From Hydrolagus colliei (Eukaryota): a stretch of DNA of 64,000 nt. The notes beneath the pieces were generated by a model that searched no databases, was not told the origin of the DNA, and was given only the letters and a program-made list of their open reading frames with translations. The DNA lies in NCBI GenBank assembly GCA_035084275.1, contig CM068768.1:7626001-7690000 (forward strand), given 5' to 3'. The position numbers and the translations under genes are program-made. Shown here in pieces: positions 26,177 to 39,600 of the stretch (the stretch's first letter is position 1; each line of letters opens with the position of its first letter).

Positions 26177-27139
26177 GTAAGGGTGCAAATGTTCAGCCTA
26201 CTTTGCACAATCAAACACAAAATGTATAGCCCATATTTCTGCATCGGTTAACAACCTGTGATTAAAATAAATTTTGGCGTCCGCGACTGTTAGCAATTTG
26301 CGGGCTCTTGTGTGTTCGATTTGCTACTCACATGACTGATTCCAACATCTGGAGAGGTATAAATTATGAAGAGTGTCAGCTCTTCAAATTGCATTGTGCA
26401 AAAGTGCTTTCAATATTATTAACTAACATCCACATGTGCAACAGCAGTAAAAAGCAAACTGAAATCATTGCATCATTTTGTTTGAGCAAAAGTTAATCGT
26501 GAGTTGGGATCCAGAGCAAAATTTGTTATGGGATGTATTTTGACACAGTAAAACTGCCTGATAACTTCACAGAGTATACAACACTTATACCTAGATATTA
26601 ACATATCTGAGTCTTTAATCTTCCCATCATTTTAATTTTCATTCCATATTTAGATGGGGCTCCTCCTGACGTGAACGTCCCTCTGTAAATGTTGTTGTTG
26701 TTGTAGATGTACACATAAAACACACAGCCAATGGTTGTTTAGAACACGATTGATAATAAAGACATGTTGCCCAGTAAAAATGTGCAGACAAAGTACAGTG
26801 ATTAGCATGTTACGAAGAGCTTTCAGACGGACACTTCCCAGAGCTGCAGGCTATGAATACTCAGTGGTTTCCAGAAGTTGGGGTTTCACAAGTGATCTTC
26901 AGCTAATGAAGGGCCTTCATCCCGTTTAATTCCTGTCTTGCTGCTTTGCTGTTTAAAGCCGATTAAATCATTTTGTCCTTCAGACATCATCAAGTGAAGT
27001 TTAACTGCATTGGTTACCAAAGTTGATCTCGTCCAAGAGATCATATTGAGATGATCACATCATTGTTTTCAACTTTAAACCAGTGCCTATGTTGACTTTT
27101 GGCAGCAGGCAGGTTGGTTTAATGGTCTGAATTATGGTT

Positions 27140-27375
27140 AAAAGGGTTTGTTTAGATATGGAATACTCTGCTCCAGAAAGCCATAGAGACAGAATCAATA
27201 GAGAGGGCTGAAAGAGAAATAGACAGATGCTTGGGTAGCAGAGGTATTAAGAAGTATTTCCAAAGGATGGAGCATTGGGAATGAAAAGATCTGCCAAGAT
27301 TAATAAACTGATGGAACAGTTTTGATGGGTTGCGTGACCTCCTCCTTTTCTTTTTCTTTCTCTGTGTTCCTATTG
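27140..27375 (+). mobile_element. Decayed CR1-type LINE 3' end
   Basis: atatggaatactctgc (WN.LP-like), gaaatagacagatgcttg, ggtattaag, gatgggttg...cctcct; recognised by eye. Confidence 0.5.
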
Positions 27376-27728
27376 AATGAAAGGCACTATATAAATAATA
27401 AGCGGTTATAAAGATGTTGCCACTGTCAACACTGATGTGTAACTAAGGTATTTATCTAACTGAACTACTTTGGAATGGGAGAGAAGGGTCCCCTAAAATG
27501 GATTTGTATTATTCTTATCATGGTTAAGGCAATGCATCTGGTGTATCATTTGTGCTGCGCCTTTTCATGCTGACAAATTGTCCTCCGTTTAAAGAACTTC
27601 TAAATCGGGATTTTGTATCGGGTGGGGAGAGATGTGGTATTTTCTTTGATCATTGTGTTGACTTCTAGAAATATGCTACGGTTTCTGCTTCCTTGGTGTA
27701 AATAAGCATCTCATTTAATGCATTTTAG

Positions 27729-27841
27729 TTTCCTCAGTCTGCAACAGTGCGCCTGGGTCAGGACCTAGCTCTCCAAACAGCTCCAACAATATTCCTTCAG
27801 AGAATGGAACAACTGGTTCTGTACACAACATTCATGCTGAG
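27729..27841 (+). CDS. HDAC5: HDAC5 exon: VSSVCNSAPGSGPSSPNSSNNIPSENGTTGSVHNIHAE
   Basis: Acceptor cattttag|, donor GAG|gtaata; conserved SAPGSGPSSPN. Confidence 0.93.
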
Positions 27842-29439
27842 GTAATATTTTATGCCTTTATTATTATTACGTTTTGGAGAGCCATTATTTCTTAGTGTGT
27901 CATAATTAAGCTTTTTTTTATGGTCCAGGCTTTTTCAGAATGATTTATAGTAATGATTACAGCTGTAAGGTCTACAGTTATTAAGATTCTGCATTGGTTT
28001 TGGTAAATATTCTTGAAATTAAGTTGCATCATTAAATATAAAGAAAATGTTTTTTTTAAAAATCTGCGCCACTGGCTTTGTAAAATTAGTGACAGTAGAA
28101 ATAATTCTGGAGTGTGTCGCACTGTTTTTTTAATGGTTTGTGATTAATGGCCAAGTTTCTTGCGGGTAATTAATGTAAGTCTGAACTCCATTGTTTCTCA
28201 GCCACAGCTCTTAATTCCATGCATCCCACCTATGGAAATCTCAGAGATAGATTGTCGGAATGGAATATGCACTCTCTCCCTGGATGAAAATACCCTGCTT
28301 ACCTAATTCCACCTGGAACAAATTATTATAATATTAAGTCTCGCATTTGATTATTAGGCGCAGGTTGGCCAGAGTCAAGGCTTGGTGACCCACGAACTTT
28401 CGTTGGATTATTGCTGGAGTCTAACCAGCTAAAAACGCATAGCTTGCCAATTCTGCGCACATTTGCCTGTTGTGTTTCGCTCACAAATATACAGTCACTA
28501 CACTTTACAGCCCCACTGTGAAAGCATTTTGAGAAGACGTGATAAACTCTGCCGTGTTTTGTTCTGTGTCCCAGTGCTCAATAGGGTTAGGTTCACTTCT
28601 CCCCAAAAGCAAAAACAAACCTGTTTTAAGTCTCCTTCAATTTCCGTTTCATCATCGGTCATTTCTAAAGAGAAATGTCAGTAGCTTTTCGGTGAGGGCA
28701 TGTTACCCATAATCAATGTGGTAACTATTTAACCTTTTTGCCTTGATGCTACTATCTTTACCTATTGCACTAAGCATCCGGCTAGGTTGAGCTCAATGTT
28801 TTTGAATTGCAGTATTGCGAAACCATTTAAAAATTGATTTAACCTTGAAATTGCTGTCAAGAGCACGCACTGAAAAATGAAGGAAACATTCCGAAATGCC
28901 GGACATATTATCACGCATTACAACTAAGGATGACTCACTCCTTCTGATACCAAGAATAACGATTTTGTGTCGTGCATTGTCATTATTAAGTGTTTATGGA
29001 GGCTTTTGCTGCAGGGAATTAAGTGCTAAATTCAATTATTTTTATATAGAAACCCTGTCAGAATCCTGTGCGAGGGTGGCTTTATTGGTTCCTGGACATG
29101 AAGACGAGAGAGATAAAGGCTCAAAACCTAGGTTTGCATGATTCATGCAAACAAATTCAATAAATGCCTTCCTGCTTAAAGTGTGCGAAGGCAGGAGGCT
29201 AACTGTTGGTTTCCTTTGCAGTTTATACCTCGGCATCGCAACCTCCAACTCACTTTCATAAAACATTAGTGGAAACTCAGATGTATGTACAGTAGATTTT
29301 AAAGCTAGATTTGCTAGCACAAGTTTTCAAGCTTAGAATTGGGATCGGCCAGTGCCCCTTCCTGCCATCGCAGTTGGTGCTTGATCCAGAGGAGGAATGA
29401 GTTTCTTGACTGAGCAACAGTGTAGAGGAGTCAGCCAGA

Positions 29440-29740
29440 TCATTTAATAGCCCATTTGACTCTGGATCAGCAAATTATAGGTTCAAGCCCCACTTCAGGA
29501 GTTGAGTGCATGGGCTGGCAATTGGGTGCTGTTCTGAAGGAGTGTTATGGAAGGTCCTTTTGATAGGATGTGAAATCTAATTCCTCTCTACTTCCTAAAA
29601 AGTGCTCATTAAAGATGGAACTATTCAAAAAGAGGGGAATTTCATCCTAGTGACCTGGACAAGGCTACAGGTTATTTGAGCATTCCCTTTGTGGGTGACA
29701 TTTGTGAGAGTTTACTGTGACCAAATTGCCGCTGAAGTTG
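29440..29740 (+). mobile_element. Old Deu-domain SINE (SacSINE1/AmnSINE1-like); related minus-strand copies near 11500-11700 and 20560-20812
   Basis: ggttcaagccccacttcaggagttgag...gttctgaaggagtg...ggatgtgaaa...ctattcaaaaagagggg resembles the Deu-SINE head and core; by eye only. Confidence 0.5.
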
Positions 29741-30028
29741 CTAATGCTCAGCAAATGATATATCGTCATATTTTTGGTTACACCTGACGTAGCATTCAGT
29801 GGATTAATGTATTCAGACACAATGACAAGGCTTTCGTTGATGTCGTCATTGACTTGAGAAGGGGCAAGTTCTTCCTAAAATGCAATCCTTATCTTCCACT
29901 CTCTGTTGCTCCATGGCTTAGCTGATGGGGAGACAAAAAGCAAATTGAGCCGAGTGGACGAGAACCTATTAGGCCATTAAATAAACAGTAAATAAAGGTG
30001 TGTTTTTTTGGTTTTTTATCATCCACAG

Positions 30029-30163
30029 AATATGCACACGCATCACAGAGCAATGAACACTGATGGCTCAGCAAGTCAGCTCAGCCTCTACACATCCCCC
30101 TCACTGCCTAACATTTCCCTGGGGCTGCCAGCTACAGTCACAGCATCCAACTCGCAGATCAAT
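30029..30163 (+). CDS. HDAC5: HDAC5 exon: [45 protein letters not shown]
   Basis: Acceptor atccacag|, donor AAT|gtaagt; conserved [15 protein letters not shown]. Confidence 0.95.
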
Positions 30164-31292
30164 GTAAGTTGACCAAATAATGCAGGCACTTTTGCATTGG
30201 GATGGGTGGGCGGGTGGAGTATTCCCTTTGGTTGACTTTGTTATGCTTTATAATTATTTTAAGAGGCTCCAACTACTCTAGATTTACATTTACAGCTGAT
30301 GGACTACTGTCCACACTACTAACATTTCAATTTAGGACAAATTAGTGAAATTCCCCCGAACGCTTCACTCCCTCGCTTAAAGGGAGAAATTCTAGTCTAG
30401 ATTTATTATATTTATGTAGCATTTTAGAGCGTGCCGAGTTTGGCAAACTATCAAATTGGTCGTAATTCTGAAGTCGTAATTCTTGAGAGAATTTCCAATA
30501 AAGATAAGCTTGAAAATTAAAACTGTATTAAGAATTTGCTAAATTTTGGAGTCTCTGAATGACTTAGTAAATATATATTGTAACACTAGAATTCAGTGAA
30601 ATTTCTTCCTTCGCCATTGTGTTTCCTTGGCAACGTTGCACATTATTTCCATAGATTGCTCTCAAAGACTATACAGTCTGATCTTAAAATGTGCATCCTG
30701 CCACTCCACTACTGCTCAGCAGATGTTGAACTGAAAAGCAACATGTTCAGGAGAACTCCTACTTGGCACTTTCCGTTCCTTGCCGAAAGTGACTTTGTGA
30801 GACTCCTCTGTAAAACTGTTGAGGTATTTGGCCCACACCTCTACGCCTGTGAAGGTGCTCTTTGTGGGAGAAGGGTATGTTCGCAAATGCTCGAGATTTT
30901 TCTGATTCAATCTGTTTGAGTATTTAGGAAAGGCGCAATCTAAAATTCCCTTTGCCCGAGAGCCTAAATTTCAGGTCAATCTTCTGTGGAATGTCTCGTG
31001 CCAGCTGCTGTGAGCACTACTAATGGTCGCCGCAAGCGCTCCAATAATTTGGAAGTTTGTTTCTCTTTCCCTCCCGGTGGATTTCTTTTAATCTTTCATT
31101 TCACTTACTTGTAGTGTGCCTGCCCTGAACTGTGGCTGAAATCAATAAGTTGAATTTTTAAATGAAAACCACTTCTCTAATGAAATTTAATGAATGGCTA
31201 GAGAAACAGAGATCCCCTGTATTGTCATGGGAATCCGTTGTTTAGACGTGGACCCACAACCTGCCTGTTTTTATTGCCCTCTATGTACGTAG

Positions 31293-31518
31293 GCGTCGCA
31301 AAAGCTGTCAGCCCAACAGGAAGCAGAGAGACAAGCTATACAGTCTTTACGCCAGGGTGGTGCTTTAACTGGAAAGTTCATGAGCACCACCTCACTACCA
31401 TCCTGCCTCGCAGGAGTAGCTATTGAAGGTGGAGATGGCAACAGTCACAGTCATCCTTCCCTCCTTCAGCACGTGCTGCTTCTGGAACAGGCTCGACAGC
31501 AGAATGCTCTGATAGCTG
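31293..31518 (+). CDS. HDAC5: HDAC5 exon: ASQKLSAQQEAERQAIQSLRQGGALTGKFMSTTSLP...SLLQHVLLLEQARQQNALIA
   Basis: Acceptor tacgtag|, donor G|gtgagt; HDAC5-type sequence. Confidence 0.95.
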
Positions 31519-32199
31519 GTGAGTTGTCTGCTCACTATTGAACCGGGGCTTAATCCAATAGGCATACTCTGATATGTTTCCCAACAGGAAGTTCATTATT
31601 CCTGTGTTCACTTTAATGGGCGTTCATCATACAGTCGGGCAAACTAGAGAGCGATCAGCTGCTGTACAGCTGTCTAGTTTTAGTGTTTTTACTCAAAGGA
31701 GCATTGGATATTTGGAAAATCTTGCTGCCATTCTCTCTTCCCCTCTCTTTCCTTCCCTCGCCCAATCTTTCCCAAGAGTAGAATAGATTCTCAGTTAATG
31801 CTGCATTGATTGACTTTTAAAAACAAAAAACAATCAGTACCTTACCCCTAGCCTGCCCTTCTCCCTTGCTTGGGTCCCAACCCGACTATTCAGTGCCTTG
31901 GGACGTCCTCCCGACGTGAAAGGCGCCCTATAAATATTATTGATCATTTTGTTGTTTTTTGTTGTTGCTGTACCTGCTTTAGAACCGTCTTGAAAGATGT
32001 AGGGATAGATGCAGATTGATGTGAACATACGCATGTTGGTCACACCAGAGAATGTGTGGGCAGAAACAACCTAGTGGTATTGTTGGAGGGAATGAGACCG
32101 GGGTTGAGAGTAGGAATTACTGAACATTCTAAACTGTTCAACACATGACATGGGAAAGCACATTATGGTTTAAAAAAATAACTGTTTGAATTGAGAAAT

Positions 32200-32612
32200 G
32201 CATTGGATTGCCTGTCCCGGAAAGGATCGATTTCGAGATCCTCACACTTGTATTTAAATCCCTCCAATCCTCTGCACCCATCTACCTCTCTAACCTCCTC
32301 TCTCCTCACAACTGTACCCGTTGCCTTCGCTCTACCGGGTCTGTCCGCCTCGTTGTCCCCCGAATCCTCCGCTCCACCGTTGGCCGCCATGCCTTCAGTC
32401 ACTACGCCCCGAGGCTCTGGAATTCCCTTCTTCACGCCCTTCGCCTTTCCCCCTCTCTTCCTACCTTCAGGCCTCGGCTGATGACCTTTCTTTTCGACCG
32501 TACTTTTGATCACCTTCTTCCCTCTCTCCCTGGCTCAGCCCCGGGATCCGTTATTGGAAGCGCTCTGAGACACCTTCCAGGATGGAGAGCGCCATATAAA
32601 TCCAAGTTGTTT
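32200..32612 (+). mobile_element. L2-clade LINE 3' end (ORF2 C-terminus and 3' UTR)
   Basis: Translation LPVPERIDFEILTLVFKSL...APIYLSNLL...LRS...LVVPR...GRHAFSHYAPRLWNSL...TFLF fits the L2 ORF2 C-terminal pattern; tail agcgctctgagacacc...gcgccatataaa. Confidence 0.85.
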
Positions 32613-32619
32613 TTTCGTT

Positions 32620-32670
32620 CTTGTTGATTGATTGGTTGGTTGGTTGATTGATTGGTTGATCGGTTGGTTG
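32620..32670 (+). repeat. (GATT/GGTT)n tetranucleotide microsatellite
   Basis: ttgattgattggttggttggttgattgattggttgatcggttggttg. Confidence 0.85.
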
Positions 32671-32686
32671 TCGGTGTTTTATCCAG

Positions 32687-32901
32687 TGCCACTTCACGCA
32701 CAATCTCCCCTCGTGACGAGCGAGAGAGGATCCTCCAACCTCCGCACGGTCAACAAGTTGCCTCGGCATCGGCCGCTCAGCCGTACCCAGTCAGCTCCTC
32801 TGCCCCAGAGCCCACAGGCCCTTCAGCAGCTGGTGATGCAGCAACAGCACCAGCAGTTCCTGGAGAAACAGAAGCAATACCAGCAGCAAATCCAGCTCAA
32901 G
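32687..32901 (+). CDS. HDAC5: HDAC5 exon: [14 protein letters not shown]...[49 protein letters not shown] (second 14-3-3 site)
   Basis: Acceptor ttatccag|, donor AAG|gtgagc. Confidence 0.96.
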
Positions 32902-33606
32902 GTGAGCAGAACACAAGCCCCAAGTTATTCGTTTACACGCATTTTAAGCATGTGTTGAAATAATAATAATAATCATCATGATAATAATCTCGCATTTAGT
33001 GTACAGCCTTATCACCCCACGGGGAGTCTTGAGACGTCCAAACAAATGCCATAAGGCTATAATTGTCTTGTGCGTTTCACCCATAAAATATACTGTCGAT
33101 ATAAAATATACTGGCGCTTTGAGACGTCTTAAAACCTAATGAGCCGCATTTAATGTTTCAAATGCAAGAATTATTATTCTAACTGATTTCTGTCCTGCTG
33201 TAGTATGGGCAGATGTCAAGATGGCGATAAACAGGGTTGACAGTGATGTGGGTGGCTTCTCGATTGAGAAAAGTTCAGAAGATTTTCTTAACTTAGTGAA
33301 ATGGCCGCAATGAATAAGATGGGATACAAAATATACCAAATGTTAGATAAGACATTTCAGGACATCATAACCGTGTGCGCTATACAGAATAGTTTGAATT
33401 TGATAATCACCCCCCCCCCATTCAAAGTAACAGTACTTGCATAACAAATGTATATTAAAATCCATTTCAGTCAAAAGCAACAGCAGCAGCAGACTTGTGG
33501 TTAAATTAATTTAACTCGATCCGCTAGTGGGATTGAGTCTGTTAATTGAAGGTTTGTTAAATTGAGTAATTGTTTTCTCCCCCCTTCCCCCCCCCCCCCC
33601 CCGCAG

Positions 33607-33870
33607 ATGCTTTCCAAGTCAAATGAGCCACCTCGACAGCCTCCCAGCCACCCGGAAGAGACAGAGGAGGAGTTGTGTGAGCAACAGGATATGCAGGAGG
33701 ACCAGACACCTCCGAGCAGCAGCCGCCTGAATCCCGGTGAGAGCGAGGGAGCGGACCAGCCCCCCGAGCAGGACGCAATGCAGGTGAAGGACGAGCCGCC
33801 GGATAGCGAAGAGGAAGATCAATTGGAGGATGACAAAGAAGCTGACGAACAAACGCTGCATTTTAATCAG
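33607..33870 (+). CDS. HDAC5: HDAC5 exon: MLSKSNEPPRQPPSHPEETEEEL...QVKDEPPDSEEED...TLHFNQ (acidic region, SUMO-type VKDE)
   Basis: Poly-C acceptor ccgcag|, donor CAG|gtaatt; 264 nt, phase 0-0; HPEETEEEL. Confidence 0.94.
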
Positions 33871-34360
33871 GTAATTCCACCGCTTCATTAACTTCCATCC
33901 CCCTATCTGCAGTTACAGCAGTGGTCTGGGTCGATGACTCACCACTACTCACCACCCACTTCCAGTTCCCATTTGATTTCATCCTCTTTGCTTTTCGGAA
34001 CAGCGAGCAACAAAATTCACTTTTGATATAGTCCGTGGGCTTCAACTATTTTATTTCTCCCCCCACCCCCCCCCTCCCCACCAAATAAAAGACGACAATC
34101 CCATTGAAATAGGTCGATCCGATTTCAAGAGAGAAAGTTTGAGATTGCTTTTAATTATCACCTAATACAAATGTACTCTGGTGGATTAGTTTTTTGCTCC
34201 CCTTCTCTCTCCAGTCTGTTAGAAAAGCTGAATGGAACAAACTATATTTGAAATCATTGTAAGAAAACAAAGAATGAGGATTGCAAATTTGTTTTCTTCC
34301 CTTTAACTACCTGACGCAACCTCTTCTCCCCACCCCTCAAAATGAATTCATTCTTAAGCG

Positions 34361-34535
34361 TAATAATAATAATCCTTGCATTTGATATAGCGCTTTTCAC
34401 GTCTTCCAGACGTCCCCAAGCGCTTCACAGAATATACTGTAAAATGAATTGACTATATATTTGTGGATGAAACGCAGCAGCCATTTGTGCACAGCAGTGT
34501 CCCACAAACAGTCGTGGATTGAAATGACCAATTTT
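34361..34535 (-). mobile_element. 5'-truncated copy of the same SINE
   Basis: Reverse complement of the tail (taataataatccttgcatttgatatagcgcttttcacgtc) and body. Confidence 0.85.
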
Positions 34536-36320
34536 GGGGCGAGGATTATTATTAAAGTATTATTAAAGTGTCAAATTAATTTGGAGATTTCGATTGAGAA
34601 AGTATGATTGGTAAGATATGGCCAAGCAGTGAGGAATGTACCACTTGGAATCTACCATTATTATATGCAAAGTGTACCCCAAACAAAAAGAAGGTAGATG
34701 ATACTTTTGTCCTTTTTAAAAAAAAACAGATGCCATCACCCTTTTTGTTCTGTTAAATGGTGCCGTTTAAAATCTATGTTTTGGTTTCCAACAATTCCTT
34801 GCTCTCACTTTGAAGAATCGTTCCTGTTTAAGATAGAAAATGTGTTCAATCTACTCTTTTACAATGCTGAGTAAACAGAAGCACCCTATACACTAGTTGA
34901 CTCATTGAAATTCTGAACATTATCAGGTTACCAGCTGCAGGCACATTAGTAATGGAAAGATCAGTGGAAGGTTACATTTAGCATTAAGTTTCCTGGTTGG
35001 TACCACAGAATGATCCTCAGTAAGTGTGTGTTGCTTCATACAGTTAGAGATACAAACTAGAAAAGGGCCCGTTACCAAATGTGAATCGAGTGGAGCAGTT
35101 AACACTTTAACTGCTTATCAGTGCATGACAATAAGGTCAGCTGACTGCAGCCGAAGATTTGATTTAATACCAAAAATCGAGTTTTTTTGATGGGCTGAAA
35201 TCCAATCCTACATAAGTAATGTGTTCGATTGTCACTTAGTGAAGATTCAATTATTTTATTCTTAGAGTATCGCTGCATCGTCATTGACTGTGGTTTTGGC
35301 AGCACATATGTCTGCCTGCCTGTCTCTCTGTGTTCTGTCTGAGTGTGTGTGTGTGTGGCTCTCTCTCTGTCTGTCTGTCGCTGTCTGCTGTGCATGCAAG
35401 CATGTAAACAATTGGAAGGTTCTTTATTTAACTCATTTGACTAGTGCAGCTTTAAAAGTGTTTGATGGTGTTACTGGTGTAAAATATTGTAACTTAATTA
35501 TATACCTCCCAAAATTTTAAAAGTTAACTCAGGGTTTCTCGAATAAAACATAAAAGGACCACGGAAACTTCAGTTACTTATCAGTTGTTGTATCTTATTA
35601 AAGCCACTGACCCAGACATAGTGAATGTTCCTTTCTGATTATCAGCCCTAAAAAATGAGCGAATGTATCCCACTTATTCTGATCAAACGCATGAATTGCA
35701 CCACATTGTCTTAATCTTCGCCAGTTAACTAAGAGGTTTGGTATGCGAACAGATGCATTCAAAGCTTTACTGTGAAGGTGCTCTGGCTGCAGAAAACCGT
35801 TCCCATGAAGACAAATACTGCGTAACATCAGGGAAAGAGGATTTCTTGTTCTTTTCAGCAGGGAGTGTGGTTTCCTGTTGGCATAGCTTTCCTGAAGTCA
35901 TAGCAGAAGGTGGGATGTAACCACATTTGCATACCCTATGCTGAAAGACATTTATGTGGTTGCTTGCAACCATTCTAGATATTTCAGCACATCAGGAGGA
36001 CATTCATTCAATTCCTGCTTCCTGCTGGAACTATCTACTCTAATTCTATTTTTCTGCTGTTTCCTAGTAACCCTGTTATCTCGATTTGTATTTTCGTATA
36101 TCACATACGTGTGATGTATTTCCCTTTCATATTATATAATTCACTCGGTTTCAATAGCCACGTAGGTACGCACGCACTGCACGCTAGTATTTAGTAAAGC
36201 TAGGCCGTTACTGACTAGACGATTGCTAATTAGATGATCACTGCCAGGACAGACATTGTGGGTGCTACAACAACAACTTACATTTATATAGCACGCTTCA
36301 TGAGGTGCAGCATCGCGGTG

Positions 36321-36630
36321 GAGTCCTGTAGCTCAGTGGTTAGAGCGGTCGCCTTGCAAGTGAGAGACCTGGGTTTGATTCCAGGCAGTGGGAAACCTTG
36401 GGCAATTTTCATTACTCCACATACCTGATAATAGTCCCTCAAGAAAAAAAAGTAATAAATTGGTCACTTCAATCCATGACTGTCTGTGGAACACTGCTGT
36501 GCACAGTCAGCTGTCGCGTTTCACCCACAAATATACAGTCAATTAATTTTACAGTATATTCTGTGAGGCGCTTTGAGACATCTCGAAGATGTGAAAAACG
36601 CTATATCAAATGCAAGGATTAGTATTATTA
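36321..36630 (+). mobile_element. tRNA-derived SINE, full length
   Basis: tagctcagtggttagagc A box, gtttgattcc B box, shared body and aaatgcaaggatt(att)n tail. Confidence 0.88.
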
Positions 36631-39600
36631 TCGAGTGAGTGCATTGCAAACTTTGGGTAATGGCAGTGAGGCGGCTTTCTGTATCATTCAGCCAATATTT
36701 ACTGTCTCCTGTATCAAATAAACTAGGGCAGGGTACCGTAGAGCCCCTGTGTGAGGAGCTGTATGTCACCAAAGAACGATGCAGGCCACAAACGTTAGGA
36801 AGTGGTCTTAGTGCAGTTTCATTGTTGGATGCAGTGTACACTTGTTAAAAAGTATTGTTTGGTGATTGACAGGGAAAATCTGTTTTATTTAGAAGGAAAT
36901 TGGTTTAGGATAGTTAAACGGAGCCCATTTCTATTTAAGAAGCAACAAACGGAGATGAAATTAATGCAGTAAAACTTTCAATTGTATACTATACAAAGAC
37001 GTTAGCTTTTGTCCAGTCCAGAAATAATTTCTTGCCAGTTTCATGTTTCTGTTCATTTCTATGAGCCAAACTGCAAGTGGGTTTATAAATCTTAAATTGG
37101 GTAGTAAAATGGATCAAAATTAGTTTGGATTTTATCTTGTTTTTAAATTGCTTTTCTGGAAGTATTGCTTGGGTTGTTTGAGGGCGATTTCAGACAAGCT
37201 TTAGTCCGGCAGGAACCACCCGCCTTTTAATACTGTACTCCTGAGGTAGCATTGTGGAAGTCTGGAAGTTTATATTGTAGCCGAGCGCTGATCGAACCTC
37301 AGCGATGGGTTACCGAGTTGAACAGCGAACATCAAGGATCTGATGCCCGGTCACTGAACACCAGTTTGTTGACTTAGTAAACAGAGGCACATGTGAGATC
37401 ATTTATCAGGACGTCGGGTGTGTTGCTAAGCTAAGCTTTAATAATAATTACTCCCTTGTACAATTTAAGCAAAATTCAGCATCGTAGATTATTACAGCCA
37501 GTGTATTGTAACTCCGCCTCTATCTGCTCTTCCCCCCCCTCCCCCTCCTCCTCACCCACGGTATTTTCCCACTGTTGGTACATTCTAAAAGCTGTACTGT
37601 GGTGGCAGAGTACTAGACCGCCTCACTGACAACCAGATACAATGGCAGTGAAGTTACTGTTTCTTAGCTAGGCAGGTAAAAGGAGCACTTTGTGGTCTCA
37701 ACTGGAAGAGCAATGCCAAGTACCGTTGACAGAAACTATGGCAAGTCCCCCACCTGGACATTTCCATCTTATTGATGGAGCTGGGAATATAGTAAAAGAA
37801 GGGCAGGTTTCATTTTGGGAACTGCAGCTTTTGTTGCTGCGAGATTGACTTGCTGCAATTCAGCTCGCGTTTAAAGCTTCTGTTCTTACATTTAGGCAGT
37901 TCTCTGTACGGAGCCTGTGGATGGATAAATCTGATCTGAGGAGACATCCAGGAAATGCTATCCTGTAATGAGCAATTTGTTGCAAAAATAGGTATTCATT
38001 GCGTAGTTCCACTTTCTGGCCAAAATGCTGCAATCACTAAAAAGGCATAAATCCAACATTGTTTGCAGAGATTCCTGCTTTAATTAGGCATGTAGTAATA
38101 CCACTGCTGTGTGGGTGTGTGTGTGTGTGTGACAGTATAATTTTATTTTGTAGTGTTAGATTACTTCCCAAAAGATTTTTGCAATCGTCAAAACATATGC
38201 AGCACTAAATTGCAGACTAATTGGGTAATACTGTGAATTTCCGTCTGTTGTTTTGTGAATGTAAAATGACCTTGAAGGCAAAAATTGCACATGGAGCATG
38301 GCTACTCCTTCCTAAGGTGATGAGTGTCCTTTGCACTCATGTTACCCCTAAACTTTCCCACTGAAGCTCTGCAGCGAGCAGTATTTGCTTGCTAAATCTA
38401 TTGGGTTCTAGTCATGAAATTCATATGTTCTAAGCCTTTTTTACTACACGGAGTTTGTTAAATGCAATCATTATACAGTAGGTGATTCGTTGTTCTTGAG
38501 CTACCTGGGCCACTTGACCTCCTAAAACTCCGATGCAAACTGATAGCATGTGGTTTTGCTTTGGAACGTGGTACCCAGATTCTTTGTGGAGTTGCCATGT
38601 GAATAAAGCTTCCCAGTATGTTGTTTATCTTTGATGCATGTTGCCAAATCATAACAAAGAATGAAGGAAATAGCAAGCATATGCCTTTTGTTTTGAGACT
38701 ACAAGTAAACACAAGAGGATTTAACTCTGAATGCCGAACACACTCATTTAGAGGTGGGAGGGATTGTCTAGAAGAGGCAGTATGTGCGGCCTGCTACAGA
38801 AGTCCTATGTAGCAAAGGGACAAAGTGGTGCTTATGTCAGCGGTTGATAACGCCACGAGAACATCTGCAACCTTTGCGATATGGCAGGCATCAGGCAGTG
38901 GAACTGATGATGATGTTTTTTAGAAGCCAAAGACCTTGTATGCAAAAGATCTCAGATATAACTAACCTGCATGTGCGCGGTGTGTTTAACACTCACAGAC
39001 ACACACATACATTGATGTTTGCCTCTCGTGTTTCCAAACAAAAAGTTTGCAAAGTTCCAGTTTGGTGTAAGATATCCGATAAAACGCTTTTTCTTTTTCT
39101 CCAATATCGGTAGAGAAACTGGATAACATGACCATTTTTTTTCATTCCGCGCGGGAAAAAAATATCAAATGTTGGTTGCCTGCCATTAAGTAACTGGAAG
39201 CAGCTTTTGCTTGTGATCATAGCACAATGCCTTCGCTCAACTTGGGGGAGGTTTTTAAGTACGTTGAAGAGTAAACAAAAATCAAACTCTACTTTATTAT
39301 CCTGCAAATGTTTGTTTCGCAATCTGCATTAATTTTGTTTGAAGAAAATAGCAGAAAGCCAATTGCAAACGAATATTGTATACTTTCCAGGGAATGCAGT
39401 TGTGTTCTGTGAACTTCTGGCTCAAACGAAATGTTCTTGTTGACAAACAGTGTTTTATGTGTTCGTGGGCGAGAGGCCACAACTGCTCATGTAGCATAGC
39501 AGCCTGTTGAGTAATAAAAAAAGATGGTAGTGGGGAGATCATGTTCCCTGTGATTTTACAATAATTGACTCACTAAAAGGATTTTCTAAACCACCGGTTT

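Noticed and set aside
32163-32627. Overlapping 96-139 aa ORFs as a nested gene
   Set aside because: Explained by a 5'-truncated L2 ORF2 C-terminus and its antisense frames.
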